From IMG/VR virus record IMGVR_UViG_2713896904_000001: a stretch of DNA of 13,520 nucleotides. One strand, written 5' to 3'. The notes beneath the pieces are model-generated. The model searched no databases. It was not told where the DNA came from and saw only the letters and a program-made list of their open reading frames with translations. The translations under genes and the position numbers were made by a program. This document shows, in pieces, positions 1 to 10,418 of the stretch (its first letter is position 1; every line of letters begins with the position of its first letter). Source of the stretch: a virus (lineage: Duplodnaviria > Heunggongvirae > Uroviricota > Caudoviricetes).

Positions 1-22
1 CTGAAAACGGGCTTTTTGGCCT

Positions 23-38
23 CTGTCGTTTCCTTTCT
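23..38 (+). promoter_or_regulatory. cosB: cosB R1-like gpNu1 binding element (distal part of cos; cosN, R3, I1 and R2 lie upstream of the window)
   Basis: Sequence ctgtcgtttcctttct lies 25-40 nt upstream of the Nu1 start and contains the CGTTTCC core I recall for lambda R elements. Position matches lambda R1 under the 128-nt offset inferred from gene coordinates. Recalled, not computed. Confidence 0.4.
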
Positions 39-62
39 CTGTTTTTGTCCGTGGAATGAACA

Positions 63-582
63 ATGGAAGTCAACAAAAAGCAGCTGGCTGACATTTTCGG
101 TGCGAGTATCCGTACCATTCAGAACTGGCAGGAGCAGGGAATGCCCGTTCTGCGAGGCGGTGGCAAGGGTAATGAGGTGCTTTATGACTCTGCCGCCGTC
201 ATAAAATGGTATGCCGAAAGGGATGCTGAAATTGAGAACGAAAAGCTGCGCCGGGAGGTTGAAGAACTGCGGCAGGCCAGCGAGACAGATCTCCTGCCAG
301 GGACTATTGAGTACGAACGCCATCGACTTACGCGTGCGCAGGCCGATGCACAGGAGCTGAAAAATGCCAGAGACTCCGCTGAAGTGGTGGAAACCGCATT
401 CTGTACTTTCGTGCTGTCGCGGATCGCAGGTGAAATTGCCAGTATTCTCGACGGGATCCCCCTGTCGGTGCAGCGGCGTTTTCCGGAACTGGAAAACCGA
501 CATATTGATTTCCTGAAACGGGATATCATCAAAGCCATGAACAAAGCAGCCGCACTGGATGAACTGATACCGGGGTTGCTGA

Positions 583-608
<26 letters not shown>
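63..608 (+). CDS. Nu1: terminase small subunit gpNu1
   Basis: 181-aa ORF beginning MEVNKKQLADIFGASIRTIQNWQEQGMPVLRGGGKGNEVLYD, which I recognise as lambda gpNu1 (N-terminal winged-HTH cosB-binding domain). ATG start; 26-nt overlap with A as in lambda. Confidence 0.97.
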
Positions 609-4289
<3,681 letters not shown>

Positions 4290-4309
<20 letters not shown>

Positions 4310-5609
4310 TCTCCCGCATATTGCCAGCATGGCCTTTAATGAGCCGCTGATGCTTGAACCCGCCTATGCGCGGGTTTTCTTTTGTGCGCTTGCCGGCCAG
4401 CTTGGGATCAGCCGCCTGACGGATGCGGTGTCCGGCGACAGCCTGACTGCCGGAGAGGCACCCGCGACACTGGCGTTATCCGTTGATGATGACGGACCAC
4501 GACAGGCCCGCAGTTATCAGGTCATGAACGGCATCGCCGTGCTGCCGGTGTCCGGCACGCTGGTCAGCCGGACGCGGGCGCTGCAGCCGTATTCGGGGAT
4601 GACCGGTTACAACGGCATTATCGCCCGTCTGCAACAGGCTGCCAGCGATCCGATGGTGGACGGCATTCTGCTGGATATGGATACGCCAGGCGGAATGGTG
4701 GCGGGGGCATTTGACTGCGCTGACATCATCGCCCGTGTGCGTGACATAAAACCGGTATGGGCGCTGGCCAACGACATGAACTGCAGTGCAGGTCAGCTGC
4801 TTGCCAGTGCCGCCTCCCGGCGTCTGGTCACGCAGACTGCCCGGACAGGCTCCATCGGCGTCATGATGGCTCACAGTAATTACGGTGCTGCGCTGGAGAA
4901 ACAGGGCGTGGAAATCACTCTGATTTACAGCGGCAGCCATAAGGTGGATGGCAACCCCTACAGCCATCTTCCGGATGACGTCCGGGAAACACTGCAGTCC
5001 CGGATGGATACAACCCGCCGGATGTTTGCACAGAAGGTGTCGGCATATACCGGCCTGTCCGTGCAGGCCGTGCTGGATACCGAGGCTGCAGTGTACAGCG
5101 GTCATGAGGCCATTGATGCCGGACTGGCTGATGAACTTGTTAACAGCACCGATGCGATCACCGTCATGCGTGATGCACTGGATGCACGTAAACCCCGTCT
5201 CTCAGGAGGGCGAATGACCAAAGAGACTCAATCAACAACTGTTTCAGCCACTGCTTCGCAGGCTGATGTTACTGGCGTGGTGACAGCGACGGAGGGCGAA
5301 AACGCCAGCGCGGCGCAGCCGGACGTGAACGCGCAGATCACCGCAGCGGTTGCGGCAGAAAACAGCCGCATTATGGGGATCCTCAATTGTGAGGAGGCTC
5401 ACGGACGTGAAGAACAGGCACGCGTGCTGGCAGAAACCCCCGGTATGACCGTGGAAACGGCCCGCCGCATTCTGGCCGCTGCACCACAGAGTGCACAGGC
5501 GCGCAGTGACACTGCGCTGGATCGTCTGATGCAGGGGGCACCGGCACCGCTGGCTGCAGGTAACCCGGCACCTGATGCCGTTAACGATTTGCTGAACACA
5601 CCAGTGTAA
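4290..5609 (+). CDS. C: prohead protease / minor capsid protein gpC (S49 family)
   Basis: GTG at 4290 preceded by a purine-rich SD (agaggaggagaag, 4277-4289) gives a 439-aa product (V)TAELRNLPHIASMAFNEPLMLEPAYARVFF, matching lambda C in length and position (20-nt overlap with B). The track's 483-aa version starts at an ATG deep inside B and is not used. Confidence 0.9.
5004..5609 (+). CDS. Nu3: scaffolding protein gpNu3 (in-frame internal initiation within C, shared C-terminus)
   Basis: In-frame ATG at 5004 (MDTTRRMFAQKVSAYTGLSVQ) to the C stop gives 201 aa, the known lambda C/Nu3 nested arrangement. Start assignment is from established lambda biology, not demonstrable from sequence alone. 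Confidence 0.8.
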   Translation: MDTTRRMFAQKVSAYTGLSVQAVLDTEAAVYSGHEAIDAGLADELVNSTDAITVMRDALDARKPRLSGGRMTKETQSTTVSATASQADVTGVVTATEGENASAAQPDVNAQITAAVAAENSRIMGILNCEEAHGREEQARVLAETPGMTVETARRILAAAPQSAQARSDTALDRLMQGAPAPLAAGNPAPDAVNDLLNTPV

Positions 5610-5618
5610 GGGATGTTT

Positions 5619-5951
5619 ATGACGAGCAAAGAAACCTTTACCCATTATCAGCCGCTGGGCAACAGTGACCCGGCTCATACCGCAACCGCGCCCGGCGGAT
5701 TGAGTGCGAAAGCGCCTGCAATGACCCCGCTGATGCCGGACACCTCCACCCGTAAGCTGGTTGCGTGGGATGGCACCACCGACGGCGCTGCCGTTGGCAT
5801 TCTGGCGGTTGCTGCTGACCAGACCAGCACCACGCTGACGTTCTACAAGTCCGGCACGTTCCGTTATGAGGATGTGCTCTGGCCGGATGCTGCCAGCGAC
5901 GAGACGAAAAAACGGACCGCGTTTGCCGGAACGGCAATCAGCATCGTTTAA
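5619..5951 (+). CDS. D: head decoration protein gpD
   Basis: 110-aa product [43 protein letters not shown] from ATG 5619 (second ATG of the track ORF), with SD aaggga upstream. Matches lambda D with a few substitutions. Confidence 0.95.
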   Translation: MTSKETFTHYQPLGNSDPAHTATAPGGLSAKAPAMTPLMPDTSTRKLVAWDGTTDGAAVGILAVAADQTSTTLTFYKSGTFRYEDVLWPDAASDETKKRTAFAGTAISIV

Positions 5952-5970
5952 CCTTACCCTTCATCACTAA

Positions 5971-5993
5971 AGGCCGCCTGTGCGGCTTTTTTT
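5971..5993 (+). terminator. terminator-like GC hairpin (GCCGC-CTGT-GCGGC) followed by a 7-T run, in the D-E intergenic region
   Basis: Read directly: aGGCCGC ctgt GCGGC ttttttt, 20 nt after the D stop. Function (terminator, attenuator or mRNA stability element) not determinable from sequence. Confidence 0.45.
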
Positions 5994-6006
5994 ACGGGAT
6001 TTTTTT

Positions 6007-7032
6007 ATGTCGATGTACACAACCGCCCAGCTGCTGGCGGCAAATGAGCAGAAATTTAAGTTTGATCCGCTGTTTCTGCGTCTCTTTTTCCGTGAGAGCT
6101 ATCCCTTCACCACGGAGAAAGTCTATCTCTCACAAATTCCGGGGCTGGTAAACATGGCGCTGTACGTTTCGCCGATTGTTTCCGGTGAGGTTATCCGCTC
6201 CCGTGGCGGCTCCACTTCTGAATTTACGCCGGGATATGTCAAGCCGAAGCATGAGGTGAATCCGCAGATGACCCTGCGTCGCCTGCCGGATGAAGATCCA
6301 CAGAATCTGGCGGATCCGGCTTACCGCCGCCGTCGCATCATCATGCAGAACATGCGAGACGAGGAGCTGGCCATTGCTCAGGTCGAAGAGATGCAGGCAG
6401 TTTCTGCCGTGCTCAAGGGCAAATACACCATGACCGGTGAAGCCTTCGATCCGGTTGAGGTGGATATGGGCCGCAGTGCGGCGAACAACATCACGCAGTC
6501 CGGCGGCACGGAGTGGAGCAAGCGTGACAAGTCCACGTATGACCCGACCGACGATATCGAAGCCTACGCGCTGAACGCCAGCGGCGTGGTGAATATCATC
6601 GTGTTTGACCCGAAAGGCTGGGCGCTGTTCCGTTCCTTCAAAGCCGTCAGGGAGAAGCTGGATACCCGTCGCGGCTCTCATTCCGAACTGGAGACAGCGG
6701 TAAAAGACCTGGGCAAAGCGGTGTCTTATAAGGGAATGTATGGCGATGTGGCCATCGTCGTGTATTCCGGACAGTACGTGGAAAACGGCGTCAAAAAGAA
6801 CTTCCTGCCGGACAACACGATGGTGCTGGGTAACACTCATGCACGCGGTCTGCGCACCTATGGCTGTATTCAGGATGCGGATGCATTGAGTGAGGGTATT
6901 AATGCGTCTCCCCGTTATCCGAAAAACTGGAAGACATCCGGCGATCCGGCGCGAGAGTTCACCATGATTCAGTCAGCACCGCTGATGCTGCTGGCTGATC
7001 CTGATGAGTTCGTGTCCGTTCAACTGGCGTAA
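6007..7032 (+). CDS. E: major capsid protein gpE (HK97 fold)
   Basis: 341-aa product MSMYTTAQLLAANEQKFKFDPLFLRLFFRESYPF ending DPDEFVSVQLA; same length as lambda E. The upstream GTG at 5980 lies inside the hairpin and is rejected. Confidence 0.97.
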   Translation: MSMYTTAQLLAANEQKFKFDPLFLRLFFRESYPFTTEKVYLSQIPGLVNMALYVSPIVSGEVIRSRGGSTSEFTPGYVKPKHEVNPQMTLRRLPDEDPQNLADPAYRRRRIIMQNMRDEELAIAQVEEMQAVSAVLKGKYTMTGEAFDPVEVDMGRSAANNITQSGGTEWSKRDKSTYDPTDDIEAYALNASGVVNIIVFDPKGWALFRSFKAVREKLDTRRGSHSELETAVKDLGKAVSYKGMYGDVAIVVYSGQYVENGVKKNFLPDNTMVLGNTHARGLRTYGCIQDADALSEGINASPRYPKNWKTSGDPAREFTMIQSAPLMLLADPDEFVSVQLA

Positions 7033-7034
7033 TC

Positions 7035-7060
7035 ATGGCCCTTAGGGGCCATTTTCTCTC
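7035..7060 (+). terminator. 7-bp stem hairpin (ATGGCCC-ttag-GGGCCAT) plus T/C-rich tail immediately after the E stop
   Basis: Read directly: atggcccttaggggccat followed by tttctctc, 2 nt after the E stop and before the FI SD (ggaggag). The U tract is imperfect, so this may be a stability or processing hairpin rather than a true terminator. Confidence 0.35.
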
Positions 7061-7073
7061 TGTGGAGGAGTCC

Positions 7074-7469
7074 ATGACGAAAGATGAACTGATTGCCCGT
7101 CTCCGGTCGCTGGGTGAGCAACTGAACCGTGATGTCAGCCTGACGGGGACGAAAGAAGAACTGGCGCTCCGTGTGGCAGAGCTGGAAGAGGAGCTTGATG
7201 ACACGGATGACGGAGCCGGTCAGGACTCGTCTGTCAGCCCGGAAAATGCGCTGACCGGACATGAAAATGAGGTGGTATCAGCACAGACGGATACCGTGAC
7301 TGATACGGCTGCTCTGGTCACGGTTGTGGCACTGGTGACGCTGCATACCGATGCACTTCACGCCACGCGGGATGAACCTGTGGCATTTGTGCTGCCGGGA
7401 ACGGCGTTTCGTGTCTCTGCCGGTGTGGCAGCCGAAATGACAGAGCGCGGCCTGGCCAGAATGCAATAA
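7074..7469 (+). CDS. FI: DNA packaging protein gpFI
   Basis: 131-aa product MTKDELIARLRSLGEQLNRDVSLTGTKEELALRVAEL ... AEMTERGLARMQ with SD ggaggag. One codon shorter than lambda FI as I recall it (132 aa); the central acidic linker looks divergent. Confidence 0.93.
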   Translation: MTKDELIARLRSLGEQLNRDVSLTGTKEELALRVAELEEELDDTDDGAGQDSSVSPENALTGHENEVVSAQTDTVTDTAALVTVVALVTLHTDALHATRDEPVAFVLPGTAFRVSAGVAAEMTERGLARMQ

Positions 7470-7480
7470 CGGGAGGCGCT

Positions 7481-7834
7481 GTGGCTGATTTCGATAACCT
7501 GTTCGATGCTGCCATTGTCCGCGCCGATGAAACGATACGCGGGTACATGGGAACGTCAGCCACCATGACATCCGGTGAGCAGTCCGGCGCAGTAATACGT
7601 GGTGTTTTTGATGACCCTGAAAATATCAGCTATGCCGGACAGGGCGTGCGCGTTGAAGGCTCCAGCCCGTCCCTGTTTGTCCGGACTGATGATGTGCGGC
7701 AGCTGCGGCGTGGAGACACGCTGACCATCGGTGAGGAAAACTTCTGGATAGACCGGGTTTCGCCGGATGATGGTGGAAGCTGTCATCTCTGGCTTGGGCG
7801 GGGCGTACCGCCTGCCGTTAACCGTCGCCGCTGA
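7481..7834 (+). CDS. FII: head-tail connector protein gpFII
   Basis: 117-aa ORF with GTG start, (M)ADFDNLFDAAIVRADETIRGYMGTSATMTSGEQSG, SD gggagg upstream; same length as lambda FII. Confidence 0.95.
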   Translation: MADFDNLFDAAIVRADETIRGYMGTSATMTSGEQSGAVIRGVFDDPENISYAGQGVRVEGSSPSLFVRTDDVRQLRRGDTLTIGEENFWIDRVSPDDGGSCHLWLGRGVPPAVNRRR

Positions 7835-7845
7835 AAGGGGGATGT

Positions 7846-8424
7846 ATGGCCATAAAAGGTCTTGAGCAGGCCATTGAAAACCTCAGTCGTATCAGCAGAA
7901 CGGCGGTGCCTGGTGCCGCCGCAATGGCCATTAACCGCGTTGCTTCATCCGCGATATCGCAGTCGGCGTCACAGGTTGCCCGTGAGACAAAGGTACGCCG
8001 GAAACTGGTAAAGGAAAGGGCCAGGCTGAAAAGGGCCACGGTCAAAAATCCGCAGGCCAGAATCAAAGTTAACCGGGGGGATTTGCCCGTAATCAGGCTG
8101 GGTAATGCGCGGGTTGTCCTTTCGCGCCGCAGGCGTCGTAAAAAGGGGCAGCGTTCATCCCTGAAAGGTGGCGGCAGCGTGCTTGTGGTGGGTAACCGTC
8201 GTATTCCCGGCGCGTTTATTCAGCAACTGAAAAATGGCCGGTGGCATGTCATGCAGCGAGTGGCCGGGAAAAACCGTTACCCCATTGATGTGGTGAAAAT
8301 CCCGATGGCGGCCCCACTGAAACAGGCATTTGATGAGAATGTTGACCGTATCCGGCGTGAACGCCTGCCTAAAGAACTGGCATCCGCGCTGAAACAACAA
8401 CTGAGGATTGCAATAAAACGATGA
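7846..8424 (+). CDS. Z: tail completion protein gpZ
   Basis: 192-aa ORF MAIKGLEQAIENLSRISRTAVPGAAAMAINRV; SD agggggatg upstream; same length as lambda Z. Confidence 0.95.
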   Translation: MAIKGLEQAIENLSRISRTAVPGAAAMAINRVASSAISQSASQVARETKVRRKLVKERARLKRATVKNPQARIKVNRGDLPVIRLGNARVVLSRRRRRKKGQRSSLKGGGSVLVVGNRRIPGAFIQQLKNGRWHVMQRVAGKNRYPIDVVKIPMAAPLKQAFDENVDRIRRERLPKELASALKQQLRIAIKR

Positions 8425-8816
8425 AACACACTGACATTCGTGCCGCAGTGCTGGATGCACTCGAGCAGCATGAACATGGGGCGACGCTGTTTGATGGTCG
8501 CCCCGTTGTTTTTGACGAAGAGGATTTTCCTGCGATCGCGGTTTATCTGACGGATGCAGAGTATACCGGTGAAGAGCTGGATGCAGATACCTGGCGGGCC
8601 ACGCTGCATATTGAGGTGTTTTTACCGGCACAGGTACCGGATTCAGAGCTTGATCAGTGGATGGAAAGCCGGATTTATCCGGTGATGAGCGATATCCCGG
8701 CACTGTCAGATTTGATCACCAGTATGGTGGCCAGTGGCTATGACTACCGGCGCGACGATGATGCGGGCCTGTGGAGTTCTGCCGATCTGACTTATGTCAT
8801 TACCTATGAAATGTGA
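8421..8816 (+). CDS. U: tail tube terminator protein gpU
   Basis: 131-aa [39 protein letters not shown]; ATGA overlap with the Z stop; same length as lambda U. Confidence 0.95.
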   Translation: MKHTDIRAAVLDALEQHEHGATLFDGRPVVFDEEDFPAIAVYLTDAEYTGEELDADTWRATLHIEVFLPAQVPDSELDQWMESRIYPVMSDIPALSDLITSMVASGYDYRRDDDAGLWSSADLTYVITYEM

Positions 8817-8823
8817 GGACGCT

Positions 8824-9564
8824 ATGCCTGTACCAAATCCAGCAATACCGGTGAAAGGTGCCGGAACCACCCTGTGGGTTTATAACGGGAGCGGCGACCC
8901 TTATGCGAACCCGCTTTCAGACGTTGACTGGTCGCGTCTGGCAAAAGTTAAAGACCTGACGCCCGGCGAACTGACCGCTGAGTCCTATGACGACAGTTAT
9001 CTCGATGATGAAGATGCGGACTGGACCGCGACCGGGCAGGGGCAGAAATCCGCCGGAGATACCAGCTTCACGCTGGCGTGGATGCCCGGAGAGCAGGGGC
9101 AGCAGGCGCTGCTGGCGTGGTTTAATGAAGGTGATACCCGTGCCTATAAAATCCGCTTCCCGAACGGCACGGTCGATGTGTTCCGTGGCTGGGTCAGCAG
9201 TATCGGTAAGGCGGTGACGGCGAAGGAAGTGATCACCCGTACGGTGAAGGTCACCAATGTGGGCCGTCCGTCAATGGCAGAAGATCGCAGCACGGTAACA
9301 GCGGCAACCGGTATGACCGTGACGCCTGCCAGCTCCTCGGTGGTGAAAGGGCAGAGCACCACGCTGACCGTGGCATTCCAGCCGGAGGGCGCAACTGACA
9401 AGAGCTTCCGTGCGGTGTCAGCGGATAAAACAAAAGCCACCGTGTCGGTCAGTGGTATGACCATCACCGTGAAAGGCGTTGCTGCAGGTAAGGTCAACAT
9501 TCCGGTTGTATCCGGTAATGGTGAACTTGCTGCGGTTGCAGAAATCACTGTCACCGACAGTTAA
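8824..9564 (+). CDS. V: major tail tube protein gpV (N-terminal tube domain plus C-terminal Ig-like Big_2 domain)
   Basis: 246-aa product [36 protein letters not shown] from ATG 8824 with SD gagga. C-terminal about 90 aa ([25 protein letters not shown] ... [23 protein letters not shown]) has the character of a bacterial Ig-like domain. Confidence 0.97.
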   Translation: MPVPNPAIPVKGAGTTLWVYNGSGDPYANPLSDVDWSRLAKVKDLTPGELTAESYDDSYLDDEDADWTATGQGQKSAGDTSFTLAWMPGEQGQQALLAWFNEGDTRAYKIRFPNGTVDVFRGWVSSIGKAVTAKEVITRTVKVTNVGRPSMAEDRSTVTAATGMTVTPASSSVVKGQSTTLTVAFQPEGATDKSFRAVSADKTKATVSVSGMTITVKGVAAGKVNIPVVSGNGELAAVAEITVTDS

Positions 9565-9579
9565 TCCGGAGAGTCAGCG

Positions 9580-10002
9580 ATGTTCCTGAAAACCGAATCA
9601 TTTGAACATAACGGCGTGACCGTCACGCTTTCTGAACTGTCAGCCATGCAGCGTATTGAGCATCTCGCCCTGATGAAACGGCAGGCAGAACAGGCGGAGT
9701 CAGACAGCAACCGGAAGTTTACTGTGGAAGACGCCATCAGAACCGGTGCTTTTGTGGTGGCTATGTCCCTGTGGCATAACCATCCGCAGAAGACAAAGCA
9801 GCCTTCCATGAATGAAGCCGTTAAACAGATTGAGCAGGAAGTGCTTACCACCTGGCCCACAGAGGCAATTTCTCATGCTGAAAACGTGGTGTACCGGCTG
9901 TCCGGTATGTATGAGTTTGTGGTGAATGATGCCCCTGAACAGGCAGAGGACGCCGGGCCTGCAGAGCCTGTTTCTGCGGGAAAGTGTTCGACGGTGAGCT
10001 GA
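9580..10002 (+). CDS. G: tail assembly chaperone gpG (zero-frame product)
   Basis: 140-aa ORF MFLKTESFEHNGVTVTLSELSAMQRIEHLALMKRQAEQ ending SAGKCSTVS; SD ggagag upstream; same length as lambda G. Confidence 0.95.
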   Translation: MFLKTESFEHNGVTVTLSELSAMQRIEHLALMKRQAEQAESDSNRKFTVEDAIRTGAFVVAMSLWHNHPQKTKQPSMNEAVKQIEQEVLTTWPTEAISHAENVVYRLSGMYEFVVNDAPEQAEDAGPAEPVSAGKCSTVS

Positions 10003-10418
10003 GTTTTGCCCTGAAACTGGCGCGTGAGATGGGGCGACCCGACTGGCGCGCCATGCTTGCCGGGATGTCATCCACGGAGTATGCCGACTGGCACCGCTTT
10101 TACAGTACCCATTATTTTCATGATGTTCTGCTGGATATGCACTTTTCCGGGCTGACGTACACCGTGCTCAGCCTGTTTTTCAGCGATCCGGAGATGCATC
10201 CGCTGGATTTCAGTCTGCTGAACCGGCGCGAGGCTGACGAAGAGCCTGAAGATGATGTGCTGATGCAGAAAGCGGCAGGGCTTGCCGGAGGCGTTCGTTT
10301 TGGCCCGGACGGGAATGAAGTTATCCCCGCTTCCCCGGATGTGGCGGACATGACGGAGGATGACGTAATGCTGATGACAGTATCAGAAGGGATCGCAGGA
10401 GGAGTCCGGTATGGCTGA
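9580..10418 (+). CDS. T: tail assembly chaperone gpGT fusion (G frame 9580-9984, -1 shift, T frame 9984-10418); T has no independent initiation
   Basis: T-frame ORF 9984-10418 (144 codons) lacks its own SD and ATG and begins exactly at the slippery site; the arrangement is that of lambda G/T. Fusion coordinates are inferred from the slippery site. Confidence 0.88.
9978..9984 (+). other. programmed -1 ribosomal frameshift slippery heptamer G GGA AAG (G to T frame)
   Basis: GGGAAAG is in the G zero frame as G.GGA.AAG, 6 codons before the G stop. Reading from 9984 in the -1 frame gives VFDGELSFALKLAREMG, which is the start of the T ORF. Confidence 0.9.

Noticed and set aside
16-204. 62-aa + strand ORF with TTG start overlapping the cos region and the 5' end of Nu1
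   Set aside because: Out of frame with and almost entirely overlapped by the strongly supported Nu1 gene; non-ATG start, no SD; lies over the cosB/R1 region. Most likely a frame artefact.
5980-6006. Upstream GTG start for E at 5980 (350-aa version)
   Set aside because: The GTG lies inside the D-E terminator-like hairpin; the ATG at 6007 gives the canonical MSMYTTAQLL N-terminus and a 341-aa protein.
6130-6840. 236-aa minus-strand ORF antisense to major capsid gene E
   Set aside because: Same reasoning: antisense shadow ORF within a highly conserved gene; Arg/His/Val-rich low-complexity translation typical of a non-coding frame.
6959-7204. Minus-strand ORF with poly-Ser run (MSSSSSSSSATRSASSS) across the E/FI junction
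   Set aside because: The Ser run is the reverse complement of the Glu/Asp-rich linker codons of FI; it spans an intergenic hairpin and is a compositional artefact.
8794-8823. Upstream ATG start for V at 8794 (256-aa version)
   Set aside because: It lies within the 3' end of U without an SD; ATG 8824 has SD gagga and gives the canonical 246-aa gpV.
9984-10418. T as an independently initiated gene starting at GTG 9984
   Set aside because: No SD upstream and the putative start coincides with the slippery heptamer; expression via the -1 frameshift from G is the supported model.
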